This document shows, piece by piece, positions 35,016 through 44,490 of a stretch of 64,000 nucleotides of DNA. How positions within the stretch are numbered: the first letter of the stretch is position 1; the number at the start of each line of letters is the position of its first letter. Both the position numbers and the translations under genes were made by a program. This DNA comes from Candidatus Terraquivivens tikiterensis (GTDB taxonomy: Archaea; Thermoproteota; Nitrososphaeria_A; Caldarchaeales; Wolframiiraptoraceae): assembly GCA_003056285.1 (NCBI GenBank), contig NDWU01000003.1, positions 5,522 through 69,521 of the forward strand, written 5' to 3'. The notes beneath the pieces are model-generated. The model saw only the letters and a list, made by a program, of their open reading frames with translations, was not told the DNA's origin and did not search any database.

Positions 35016-36848
35016 ATGTCTGCATTTGCTAACGAAGTTAGGGGCAGGGATTTCGTGCCCACGTTTCCGCATAGATTGGTCCTGGAAAAGATTGACAGGG
35101 GTTATGCTAAGCTAGCTAAGATTGACCAGAGAATGTTGCCGCTTGCGCACGAGTCCGTGCCAGAGCCTACAATATACATCGACGGCAAGCCGGTCTCAGT
35201 GTTCAGCATAGGCTCGGATATGAAGCTGGGAGAGGATGCTCAAGCTGAGAAGTTTTCTGCCGTACGCTGGATGACGGAATTCGTATCGGGGCTTTATGGA
35301 CCGGTTAGGATGAGTAAGCTGGTGACCGATGAGCACGGCCTGAGATATTTGGCAAGCGACCTCAGGACGGTTTTGAAGAAGGTCGGCCTGGCTCACCCGA
35401 TAGCCCAACTGATGGCCGGGGCTGGTTTGACGATGTCCAAGACAGTAGGCGACGGTGCGGTGTACACAATCCTCCTAGGCGGTAAGATTTTGGAGAGGTG
35501 CTGGGAGCTTTTGCTGAAAGGCCTAAAGACGCCGATACTGCTGGAGGGGCTTTTGGATGCGCTTAGAGTAAGCCTGGAGATGACGGAAAAACTATCCATC
35601 GACGCGTCGTGTCAGCGTGAGAGCATGCTGAAGCTAATAATGGAAGCAACGGTGCTGAACAGGTTGCCCGAGCACGTTCGGCATAGGCTTGCAAGCATTA
35701 TACAGAGGGTGGTTGAGGTCGTAGGGATAGAAGGGCTGACGTCCGCCGACGTGGACAAAGCGATCGACGTTAAATCAGTTGAAAGGGGTACGCTCATCGA
35801 CTCGTTCGTTTTAGACGGCGTTGCCGTTTTTAAAGAGATGGCCCACCCAGGCATGCCAAAGAGGTTAGAGGCCACGAGGGTGGCCGTACTTAAAGATGAG
35901 CTGAGGGTACGCGAGAAGATTGGACGTCAGCTAAACTATTCCGTAGAGCTTGGCGATGACGTAGGTTTAAGAAATTTGCTGGACAGTAAAAACGAATACA
36001 TAGCTAACATGGTCAAAAAAATCGTTGGTCTAAAAGTTGGCTTTGTCGTCGTAGAGAAGGGAGCAGACCCTATCGCAATCGAGCAGCTGGCTAGCGCGGG
36101 AATAGCTGCTATATATGGACTTCCGCACCCGGAGGTTGAGCTGATAGCCAGAGCGGTCGGTGCGCTACCCGTAAGCGTAAAGCTGCTGGAAGAGCCAGAC
36201 CTTGGCTGGGCAGGAATCGTGGAGGAAGTAGACCTAGACGGAAAGAGGGCGGTATTCATTCACAAATGCAATAGGCCAAAAAGTGTTACCATCGTCCTTA
36301 AGGGCGTAACGAGCCTGCTACAGAGCGATGTGGAAAGGGTTATCAAGCATTCCCTCCCGATCTTCTCCCTCATCGGATCTGGCTGCAAGGTCGTCTACGG
36401 CGGCGGTGCCTTCGAGGTAGAGCTCTCGCTACGCCTTAGGGAGTATGCGGAAAGCATTCCGGACAGGAGGCAGCTCGTCGTTAAAGCCGTGGCAGATGCG
36501 TTCGAAGACGTGGTATCCACCCTTTCAACAAACTTAGGCCAAGATTCTATAGAGGTTCTGAGCATTCTGAGGTCAGAGCATGCCTCCGGAAAAGTTGATG
36601 CGTGCGTTAGCTCTCGAGGGGGCGTGGCGAGCGCTAAGGAGCTGGGCCTGTACGAGCTGACGGCCGTTAAGCAACAGGCCATCAAGACAGCATTCGAGCT
36701 TGCGTACACCGTCCTTAGGATAGATGGGATAATAACTGGGAGGAAGCTGTCAGAGCCCGAGTATTATTACGTGAAGAGGATTAGGGGAACTTCCCCGGAG
36801 AGGCTGAGGGAGCTCAAAAAAGAGTACGGCCTTGAGACCGTAGAATAA
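35016..36848 (+). CDS. divergent group II chaperonin (thermosome/CCT-family) paralog with degenerate nucleotide-binding motifs
   Basis: Collinear with the thermosome from GEDAQAEKF to RIDGIITG, and GGGAFEVE is conserved. LGPKGMDKM reads YGPVRMSKL, GDGTTT reads GDGAVY, and the ER...DA catalytic-Asp context reads ERVIKHS. About 55 extra N-terminal residues. Confidence 0.75.
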   Translation: MSAFANEVRGRDFVPTFPHRLVLEKIDRGYAKLAKIDQRMLPLAHESVPEPTIYIDGKPVSVFSIGSDMKLGEDAQAEKFSAVRWMTEFVSGLYGPVRMSKLVTDEHGLRYLASDLRTVLKKVGLAHPIAQLMAGAGLTMSKTVGDGAVYTILLGGKILERCWELLLKGLKTPILLEGLLDALRVSLEMTEKLSIDASCQRESMLKLIMEATVLNRLPEHVRHRLASIIQRVVEVVGIEGLTSADVDKAIDVKSVERGTLIDSFVLDGVAVFKEMAHPGMPKRLEATRVAVLKDELRVREKIGRQLNYSVELGDDVGLRNLLDSKNEYIANMVKKIVGLKVGFVVVEKGADPIAIEQLASAGIAAIYGLPHPEVELIARAVGALPVSVKLLEEPDLGWAGIVEEVDLDGKRAVFIHKCNRPKSVTIVLKGVTSLLQSDVERVIKHSLPIFSLIGSGCKVVYGGGAFEVELSLRLREYAESIPDRRQLVVKAVADAFEDVVSTLSTNLGQDSIEVLSILRSEHASGKVDACVSSRGGVASAKELGLYELTAVKQQAIKTAFELAYTVLRIDGIITGRKLSEPEYYYVKRIRGTSPERLRELKKEYGLETVE

Positions 36849-36871
36849 ATAATGATGGTGGTTTGAAAATT

Positions 36872-37933
36872 CTACACAGGAAGTGCGGCCTTCAGCTCCT
36901 CGAACTTTTTCACGTAATAATCGTTGTTGTCGGGCAGGTCCGGCGACAGGAAGTATCTGGTCATCTTCTGCTTATCATCGACTGAGCCAAGGTCCCTGAG
37001 GTTACCCCTCGGATGCGGCGTACCCTTCCTGGGCGGCTCGCCGGTCCAGAAGTGCTTAAAGTACACGTCGGGCAAGAATAGCGCGTTCTGTAGCCTTTCC
37101 GGTAGCGTTGCAAACTCAGGCTTATTGGGCCATATGACCTTCATTACCTCATCTATAGGCAGGTAGGTGCTCTTGCCCTCGTAGAACCATCCGTAGAACT
37201 CATCCCCCATGGCATTCTTATAGTCCTCCCAAGCCCATGCTGGTGTTGGGTATCCTTGCCTAGTGTACAGCATCTGCGTGAAAAGCTCTAGGTGCCAGTT
37301 GAGCAACCTTATTCCCTCCTCCGCAACCTCTGGCGAGGCCAACGATGAAACGTAGCCGGAGTTGTACCAGAAGAACGGCCCATGCTGCAACGCCGCATAG
37401 TACGCGGGCGTCCCGGCCTTTCTAGTATCGAAGCACACGGGTTGCCACGTGCTCGCTAGCCATACCTCCCTGGTTGAGAACAGCGTCACTATGTCTCCGT
37501 AGGAGAACCAGAACGTCTTTATGAAGCCCTGCTTAACGTAGGGCAGAAGGTAGTTAAAAACGGCATCGACTTCCTTCTCTGTCAGATTGGTTATAGCACC
37601 CGAGAACGTCATCTGCCCAGTAGCTTCCAAGTAGTTTGCGGTCTCGCTGAACACTGTGAAGCCCTCGTCCTGCATCCCGGTCCTTCCTTTCCATTCTGGG
37701 TTCCAAAGCTCCGAATAGGCCAGCGTCCTTTTCGTGCCCCCACGCTCCTCATACGGCAAGAACTCGGGCAGGTACGTTACGGAGTCGAAGTTCCACATAA
37801 CCGGGACCGCCACGAGTGTCTTTCCGACCTCCTTCCATAGTAGGTAGTTGAACCTCTCTGCCTGCGCAGGCTTGAAGTACTTCTCGACATGGTAGAACAT
37901 GTCCAGTACCTTGTCCTCTCTCCACCTAGGCAC
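36872..37933 (-). pseudogene. PotD/PotF-like ABC substrate-binding protein lacking its N-terminal part (orphan fragment)
   Basis: Matches the central and C-terminal lobes of polyamine-type SBPs (WNPEWKGRTGMQDE..., REVWLASTWQP..., FFWYNSGYV). There is no signal peptide, an in-frame TGA 9 codons upstream of the GTG, and no adjacent permease or ATPase. Confidence 0.5.
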
Positions 37934-38259
37934 CTTCTCGACCGGTATCGGCCTTCATCTTCCTATTGTGATGGGCTACTTGCGGAACAGGGTTGGATCA
38001 ACGTTTAAGCGGACCCGGCCGTTCCACGATGGGAATTGGGTCATCTTCCTTCAGGCCGTTCGACAATAGCTACTCCCTGCTTCAGCTGCTCGGTCCTTCA
38101 CGAACCCTGCCCGTAAGGTTACGGAGGGCTGTCTCCGTAAGCTTGACCTCGGGCCGTCATAGCCCTTAGCAGAAGGGAGGTTGAAATGCTCGTTTCCACC
38201 CTAACGCCAAAAGATACGGGTTTTCCCGCTCAGGACGAAACCATCCAGAGGCCCTAAGT

Positions 38260-41028
38260 TTACTCTGAGGTAGGTGTTGGGTAGTAGTACTCGCCAGCAG
38301 CTTTCTGCTGCCTATCCAACCTAGAGTCGGGTTTGTTTGCCCTTGGCCTGAATGTTTGATGGTCCCTCCTGAACGTAACACCCATTTCCTTTAGGAAGGT
38401 GTTAAAACCAGACCTAAGGTCCATTGGCTTGCTGCCATGTCCTCTGACGCTCGGCTCACCCGAGAAGACCATTAACCTATTCGATGCAAAGTCCAAAACC
38501 ATCAGGTCATGCTCCACGAGGAATGTATAGGCCTGCCTCTCGCGCGTTATCCTCTTTAACAGCTTCGCAACCATGTACCTTTCCTCAACATCCAAGTAGG
38601 CACTGGGCTCATCTATCAAGTAGATCTCGGCATCCTTTGACAGAGCCTCGGCTATCGCAACCTTCTGAAGCTCGCCGCCGCTCAAATCCTTAACGTTCCT
38701 CTCGAGCAGCTTGTGCAGACCTAAAGGCCTAATAAGCTCTGACTGGTAAAGGTCGGTCTCGAATTTGCTTCCGGCCGCTTGTCTCAGAACAGCCTCGACC
38801 TTCTCGTCCCTTATCTCCGGGTACTGGGGCTTGTAGCTTATCACCCTGTAGGGCAATTGGAACTCTGCGTCAGCCCTCTCAACGCCCGCCAATATCTTTA
38901 TGAACGTCGTCTTGCCTATGCCGTTCGGACCCACTATGCCTATCACCTCGCCCGGATATATGCACCCACTATCGACCTCAAGCCTGAAGGCATCGTATGT
39001 TTTTGTAATGCTGGGCCAGTAAAGCGCCGAGTGGCTTTCCTCGTATGCCTCTGTAGGAGGCTTCAGCTGGAACGAAATCCTCTCGTTTCTAAACCTTACG
39101 TTCTCATCGGGTATGTAGCCCTCTATGAGTATGTTTATGCCTTCTCTGACACCGTAGGGTCCTGCGACTATGCCGTACACTCCAGGCTCGCCATAAAACA
39201 CGAAGACCTTATCTGACATGTAATCAAGGACTGCGAGGTCGTGGTCGGATACAAGGACCATGTTTCCACTTAACGCCGCCTCCCTGATCGCCGACGCAAC
39301 CTTAAACCTTTGTTTAATGTCGAGAAAGCTTGTCGGCTCATCCAAGATGAAAGCGTTGGCATCCTTCGCAAGGCACGCAGCTATCGCGAAGCGCTGGAGC
39401 TCGCCACCGCTTAGAACGGAAACGTCTCTGTCCAAGAGATTACGGAGCTCAAGCACGTCTATTAATTTGTTGACACGATCCCCAGAACCAACCTTGGAGA
39501 GGATCGTGCCGACTTTGCCTTTTACCACTTTTGGTATCATATCGATGTATTGTGGCTTGTACGAGACTTTCACGCTACCGTTTGCAAGCTTTGTCATATA
39601 GTCCTGTATGAGCGAGCCCCTGAATACCCTCGCAACGTCGTACAAAGACCTCTCCCCATCAAGCCTACCCAAGTTCGGGACGATATGGCCTGACAGTATC
39701 TGGATGGCAGTGGTCTTGCCGATTCCGTTCTTTCCTACGATTCCGATAACTTTACCCTCCTCCAGGTACGGAAGTCTGTAGAGCCTGAAAGAGTTTATGC
39801 CGTATTGGTGCGTCAGGTCCTTGCCCAGCTCCTCGCTGAGGTTAACTATCGTGATTGCTTGAAATGGACACTTTTTGACACAGTTATGTACGACAAGCCC
39901 TGCTGCGTTATAGCTCTCATCTTCCTCGACTTCCAAGTTCATCACTGGGTAGTCCTTCACGTACTCGATGCTTACCGAGTCTATGGGGTGTAGCTGGTAA
40001 CCTTGCCACGACGTAATTTTTTTGTCTTCTACGAGCGAGGCAACGTAAGCGTTTTTGCCACCTTCTAGCGTTGTCTTGCTTAGGCATAGGGGCTGACCAA
40101 CCTTGGCTGCCATCAGTTTTAGGACGTATGCATCGTTCCTGGAGATGCGCAATGTTACGCCATTCCTTCCGGCGCATGCTAACCCTAATACGATCCCTTT
40201 CAAGAAGTCCAATGGTGCTGAGAGAAAGCTAAGAGGTATGCGCTTTGAGCCCTCTGATTCCCCGAACGGGTTAGCTGAGGATTCTGGGTTAACGGCTGAT
40301 AGCCCGGATCCACCGTTCTTGGTTTTTATGCCGAGGTGTCTTTCCAGCATCTCCTTAACCTTCTCCGCTGGGCTTTCTCTGGTGGATCCAAATACGACCT
40401 TCACACAGTCCGTACAGCCATTTGCGAGGGAGTAACCGAACGATAAACCGAGCTCAAAAGTTAGCTGAGGCCGCAACGACCGTGCAAGCCCATCGGGCCC
40501 AGTATTCCCATTTAGCATGAACGCTCCTAAGCCGCCGTCGGCCTGGATTACTGGGATGCAAAGATAATCCTCCTCCGTCAACTCCGGTGGGGTTTTCCAC
40601 GCGAACGTGAAGCCACGCCCGTCCCGGCGTTTAGATGCTGTAAGCAGAGGGTGCTCCTCCGTCAGCGCTATGGTGTCTGGTACGCCGTATACGCGTATCC
40701 TGTAAAGGGGACCGGTGTAGGCCCTAACGCTTTTCGAAAGTACGGAGCTAAACCTCCCTTTATGCGTGAGAACTCTCTCGCCTACGCTAATTTCCCTAAT
40801 GGGCTTCAAGCCGATCTCTGTTATGACCGGTGTATCTGGGTCGAGGCATATGCCGCACCCGATGCATAGCACCTCGTTGATCACCGGAAAGCCCTTCTCA
40901 CCGGGCTTTATGGCCTCTATCCTGTTCCTCACGGGCGGGCAGAATGCTATGCAGGGCTGGCCGCACTTTGTAGGCTGGCAGAAGTCGTAATCTATAACCG
41001 CTACCCTGTGCAACCTGCTCACCTGCAA
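38260..41028 (-). CDS. ABCE1 / RNase L inhibitor (ribosome-recycling ABC ATPase), intein-containing precursor
   Basis: N-terminal Fe-S domain (CQPTKCGQPCIAFCP, CIGCGIC...VKKCPF), two ABC cassettes (GKNGIGKTT, LSGGELQR, GPNGIGKTT, LSGGELQK). 922 aa, or 600 aa without the insert. Confidence 0.9.
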   Translation of the reverse strand: MQVSRLHRVAVIDYDFCQPTKCGQPCIAFCPPVRNRIEAIKPGEKGFPVINEVLCIGCGICLDPDTPVITEIGLKPIREISVGERVLTHKGRFSSVLSKSVRAYTGPLYRIRVYGVPDTIALTEEHPLLTASKRRDGRGFTFAWKTPPELTEEDYLCIPVIQADGGLGAFMLNGNTGPDGLARSLRPQLTFELGLSFGYSLANGCTDCVKVVFGSTRESPAEKVKEMLERHLGIKTKNGGSGLSAVNPESSANPFGESEGSKRIPLSFLSAPLDFLKGIVLGLACAGRNGVTLRISRNDAYVLKLMAAKVGQPLCLSKTTLEGGKNAYVASLVEDKKITSWQGYQLHPIDSVSIEYVKDYPVMNLEVEEDESYNAAGLVVHNCVKKCPFQAITIVNLSEELGKDLTHQYGINSFRLYRLPYLEEGKVIGIVGKNGIGKTTAIQILSGHIVPNLGRLDGERSLYDVARVFRGSLIQDYMTKLANGSVKVSYKPQYIDMIPKVVKGKVGTILSKVGSGDRVNKLIDVLELRNLLDRDVSVLSGGELQRFAIAACLAKDANAFILDEPTSFLDIKQRFKVASAIREAALSGNMVLVSDHDLAVLDYMSDKVFVFYGEPGVYGIVAGPYGVREGINILIEGYIPDENVRFRNERISFQLKPPTEAYEESHSALYWPSITKTYDAFRLEVDSGCIYPGEVIGIVGPNGIGKTTFIKILAGVERADAEFQLPYRVISYKPQYPEIRDEKVEAVLRQAAGSKFETDLYQSELIRPLGLHKLLERNVKDLSGGELQKVAIAEALSKDAEIYLIDEPSAYLDVEERYMVAKLLKRITRERQAYTFLVEHDLMVLDFASNRLMVFSGEPSVRGHGSKPMDLRSGFNTFLKEMGVTFRRDHQTFRPRANKPDSRLDRQQKAAGEYYYPTPTSE
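39883..40848 (-). mobile_element. intein (322 aa) with degenerate LAGLIDADG homing-endonuclease domain, inserted in the ABCE1 Fe-S motif
   Basis: Begins CLDPDTPVIT (block A), TEEHPLL (block B TxxH), LAGLIDADG-like LGLSFGYSLANG and FLKGIVLGLACAGRNG, and ends MNLEVEEDESYNAAGLVVHN followed by +1 Cys. The exteins join to CIGCGICVKKCPF. Confidence 0.85.
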
Positions 41029-41060
41029 CTAAGCGTTCAAGCACTGGTTATGGTTTTTAT

Positions 41061-41259
41061 CAAACTTAGCGAAAAACTACGTCCTTTAGTTGTGGGGTGG
41101 ATCTCTAGGGAATTAAATACGCGCCACGTAATAAAAGTTTCGAGCGTGCTGCTCGGATGCCCAAAGGCCAGAATAAGGCTCCGGACAGGATGGGCGAGGC
41201 TCTGGCAGGTCGATACGGGAAAGCGGCCCACGCCTTAGCGGGATGCAGGGGATTGTGAA
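41061..41259 (+). mobile_element. IS200/IS605-derived MITE, copy D
   Basis: TTAT|CAAACTTAGCGAAAAAC left end, internal CCAAAGGCCAGAATAAGGCTCCGG block shared with copy A, and a degenerate right end CCCACGCCTTAGCGGG...TTGTGAA. Confidence 0.45.
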
Positions 41260-41367
41260 AAGGTGAGCCTCGAACAGGCAGACTTCCTTGAGGCGAGAGG
41301 TGACGGCCCTATAGCTGATAGCCCATTATATTTGCAGAGAGGGTAAAGAAGGTGTAACGAGCAAGAT

Positions 41368-42864
41368 TTAGCTTCGCTCGCTTCTTGATTTCAGGAACTC
41401 TACGAGTAGCCTAACCCCTACGCCCGTGGCGCCCTTCGGTATATAGCTCTTCTCGGGCGAAGATTCTTGAGTCCATGCCGTTCCTGCTATGTCTATGTGA
41501 GCCCAAGGTATGCCATCGCCCACAAAGTTCATCAGGAAGGCAGCAGCAGTTATAGCGCCGGCCGGCCTGCCGCCGACGTTCTTCATGTCTGCCACCTCGC
41601 TCTTTATCTGCTCGAAGTACTCCTTCCAGAGCGGAAGCCTCCAAAGCCTCTCGCCGACTTTCTCCCCTGCCTTTATAAGCGCTTCCGCCAACCCGTCGTT
41701 GTTGCTAAAGAGGCCGCTCGCATGCGTTCCGAGGGCTATGACGCAGGCACCAGTTAAGGTCGCCAGGTCTATTATCGCTTTTGGCTTCATTTCGGATGCG
41801 TATGCAAGGGCATCGGCTAGTATGAGCCTTCCCTCCGCATCCGTGCTTATTATCTCAGCAGTCTTACCGTTCCTGAACCTGACTATGTCTCCGGGCTTGA
41901 GCGCCCTGCCGCTTGGCAGGTTCTCGACAGCGGGCACGATGCCCACCAGCTTTATAGGAAGCTTAAGCTCGGCCACAGCTTTCATTAGCCCTATGACCGC
42001 GGCTGCGCCGGATTTATCGTACTTCATCTCTTCCATCTTCTCAGAGGGCTTTATGGAGATGCCGCCGCTGTCGAATACGACGCCCTTCCCTACGACGGCA
42101 TAAGTCTCGCCCCCTCCGTCGTACTCCATGATTATCAACACCGGTGGGTTGGAGCTGCCCTTTCCGACGCTAATTATACCTCCCATGCCCATCCTTTCGA
42201 GCTCCTCCGCCTCTATGACCCTAGTAGAGAAGCCGCTGATCCTGCCGACCTCTGCTGCGACCTCCGCCATCTTCTTTGGTGGCAGGTCGCCGCTTGGCAT
42301 GTTGGCTATATCCCTCGCAAGTTTCACGGCCTCAGAGACCACGGCGGCTTCCCGCGCCGCCGCATCGCACATGGCCTTCACGTCAGAGCCTACCAGCAGT
42401 TGGATAAGCTCTGGCTGCTTGCCGTCCTCGACCTTTGACTTGTACCTATCGAACCTGTAAGAGGCTAAGCTTAAGGCCTCGACGACGCTTGAGGTTATCT
42501 CGGGAACGCTATAGGGAGGTAGGCTGGGTATGGGTATTACCATGTTCCTCATACCCATTTCCTTGGCTCTAATGATGGCGTAACCGTGAGCCTGTCTAAC
42601 AGCCTCGAGGCTGAAATCCTGCTTGTTCCCGAGGCCTAGCAGCATGAAGCAGCCGGCCACGCTTACCGAGCTCGGGTACGTAGGGAGCACTTGGCCGAGC
42701 TTGGCCCTGAAGCCGCCCCTTTCGATCGACGGTGCTATCTCTTTTTTTATGCTCTCGGGTAGAGTAATCGCAATCTCTGGAGCCTCCGTCCCCTCAAAGA
42801 GCTGTATAACGACAGAATCCGCCTTCACGTCCTCTAATCTCGCCGAAATTACTTCAATTTTCAT
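41368..42864 (-). CDS. pepA: leucyl aminopeptidase (M17 family)
   Basis: VGKGVVFDSGG, NTDAEGRL-type STDAEGRLILADAL, HIDIAG. Confidence 0.9.
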   Translation of the reverse strand: MKIEVISARLEDVKADSVVIQLFEGTEAPEIAITLPESIKKEIAPSIERGGFRAKLGQVLPTYPSSVSVAGCFMLLGLGNKQDFSLEAVRQAHGYAIIRAKEMGMRNMVIPIPSLPPYSVPEITSSVVEALSLASYRFDRYKSKVEDGKQPELIQLLVGSDVKAMCDAAAREAAVVSEAVKLARDIANMPSGDLPPKKMAEVAAEVGRISGFSTRVIEAEELERMGMGGIISVGKGSSNPPVLIIMEYDGGGETYAVVGKGVVFDSGGISIKPSEKMEEMKYDKSGAAAVIGLMKAVAELKLPIKLVGIVPAVENLPSGRALKPGDIVRFRNGKTAEIISTDAEGRLILADALAYASEMKPKAIIDLATLTGACVIALGTHASGLFSNNDGLAEALIKAGEKVGERLWRLPLWKEYFEQIKSEVADMKNVGGRPAGAITAAAFLMNFVGDGIPWAHIDIAGTAWTQESSPEKSYIPKGATGVGVRLLVEFLKSRSERS

Positions 42865-43326
42865 ATCGTTTAACCTATCGCCAGTCGATTAATAACTTTT
42901 AACAGAATCGATAGACCCTAAAAGAAACTCGAGGCCAAGATAGTAAGGGTAAGCAAGGAGGCAAAAACATCAGGCTCCAATACGTTACCGCATACCGTAC
43001 ACGCCGTAGGAAACAATAACATAAACAGGCACAGGGTCTTGAGCGGATTGTCGTAAAAGCACGGACAGAACGGATGATGCTGTTAAGCTTGGGATGCGGG
43101 GACTTTCCCATACGTATGACCCCAAGCTCGAAAGGGCCTGGGAGGACGTACGGCGGGTTCGACCCGAAAGGCGATGCCGGCCTCCCATGGGCCAAGAGGA
43201 GGTCAAGGCCTACGTAGAGGTCAGAACCCGTCAAACCTCTCACCAACCTAGGTTCTAAAACGGCTGATTATTAACCGAAAAGCAGCCATTCGACAAGCTC
43301 AGAGGAAAAGCTAAAGCGACCGCTAT

Positions 43327-43563
43327 CTATTCCCAGACTATAAGCGTGGTCGTTGACCTTATTCTTTGAATGTGCCGTATCTTGGATATTATTGCCCTAA
43401 GCTTTTCGTGGTTCTCGGCCTCTATCCTAACAACTATGTCATAAACCCCGTATACCCTGTACGTTTCCTTTACGTTCTCGATCCGTTTTAGCTCGGCTAG
43501 CGTCTCCTCTTCATGTCCAGGCTCGACCGTCAGTAACGCGTAGGCTACCTGCATACCATGCAT
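43327..43563 (-). CDS. stand-alone Lrp/AsnC-type ligand-binding (RAM) domain protein
   Basis: 78 aa, AYALLTVEPGHEEETLAELKRIENVKETYRVYGVYDIVVRIE, a typical RAM fold with no HTH. Confidence 0.7.
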   Translation of the reverse strand: MHGMQVAYALLTVEPGHEEETLAELKRIENVKETYRVYGVYDIVVRIEAENHEKLRAIISKIRHIQRIRSTTTLIVWE

Positions 43564-43656
43564 ACCACTAAGTATTCGGTATAAAAATCTTGCTTAGCAT
43601 AGCCTTGGCCTCCCGTTATAATACGGGGAGCTTTCCGCATTAAATCCACCGACATC

Positions 43657-44214
43657 ATGCTTAGGGTAACGGTTATGGCTGACCGTTTTTACCGAGGCTG
43701 TAGCATGAGCAGGCTGATGGCAGGCATAATCGTAGGCATGGCAATACTCACTGGTGCGTCCGTTGCCCTTTTTACAGCATCCAGCCCCTCTTGGCCCGAG
43801 CCGGAGGGTGTCCAATCGCTGACGCTCTCCGTTTTGCTCCAAGCGTATACGGCGCTCTTAGTACCCCTATTCGACGGCTTTACAAGCGGCGAGGGGTTGC
43901 TGATCTTTGCAGTATGGGCGGCTGCGTCAGCTTTCGCAGGATTAACAGCTGGCAAGCTCTCCACATCCATAAAGTTAGCGCTCATAATGCCCTCCATCGT
44001 CATCCTGTCGTGGTTTGGCTTATTGGCCATCGTCTTCGCAGAGGTCTACGGCCCTCAGTCTTGGCTGGTTGAGATAAACTTCTTCTTAGAGAACGTCGCC
44101 ATGTACCGTCCGCTTAACCTTTTGGTACCCTACCTCCTTGTCCTAGCCTTTTCAGGAACGTTCGGCTTCCTGTCGTCGGCGTTTCTGGCCCGTAAGGAGA
44201 CGGTAGTTACTTGA
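43657..44214 (+). CDS. integral membrane protein (hypothetical)
   Basis: Five predicted TM helices. The real start may be the internal MSRLMAG at 43705. Confidence 0.5.
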   Translation: MLRVTVMADRFYRGCSMSRLMAGIIVGMAILTGASVALFTASSPSWPEPEGVQSLTLSVLLQAYTALLVPLFDGFTSGEGLLIFAVWAAASAFAGLTAGKLSTSIKLALIMPSIVILSWFGLLAIVFAEVYGPQSWLVEINFFLENVAMYRPLNLLVPYLLVLAFSGTFGFLSSAFLARKETVVT

Positions 44215-44226
44215 ATTTGGCGCTGG

Positions 44227-44335
44227 CTGGCACCCGCGGCTGAAGGCCCACGACATTCCCGGTCCTTCAACCCTCATGCCGGCCGCCCGAGCCCTTCCCA
44301 GAGCCCCATCGGGCTTTAGGGCTTCTCACGAGTTC
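44227..44335 (-). mobile_element. IS200/IS605-derived MITE, copy H
   Basis: Reverse strand reads TTAC|GAACTCGTGAGAAGCCC...GGGCCTTCAGCCGCGGGTGCCAG. The internal CATGCCGGCCGCCCGAGCCCTTCCC block matches copy A. Confidence 0.4.
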
Positions 44336-44377
44336 GTAAAAAATATGGGTAGGTGTAAGGGTTAACGCTCTGATGTT

Positions 44378-44482
44378 TTATGCCCCGCTGGTACCCTCAG
44401 CCGGCGCCTCAGGCGCCTCCTTGGCCTTGGCCTTTTTAGTTTTCTTCTTTGCTTTTGATTTCTTCGCCTTCTTCTTCGGCAT
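44378..44482 (-). CDS. 34-aa lysine-rich mini-protein (unannotated small ORF)
   Basis: MPKKKAKKSKAKKKTKKAKAKEAPEAPAEGTSGA. TTTTTATAA box and a 10-bp inverted repeat lie just upstream. Below the 60-aa ORF track cutoff. Confidence 0.35.
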   Translation of the reverse strand: MPKKKAKKSKAKKKTKKAKAKEAPEAPAEGTSGA

Positions 44483-44490
44483 GCTTATTC

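Noticed and set aside
43095-43115. GGGAAAGTCCCC on the minus strand resembling the RNase P RNA CR-I motif
   Set aside because: The motif is itself a small self-complementary hairpin inside a larger stem-loop, and no ACAGAA..GGCUUA-type partner strand is present.
44214-44226. GAATTTGG immediately after the membrane-protein stop, resembling the MITE left end in reverse
   Set aside because: Its orientation and position are inconsistent with copy H, whose ends are accounted for otherwise. It is a short chance match.
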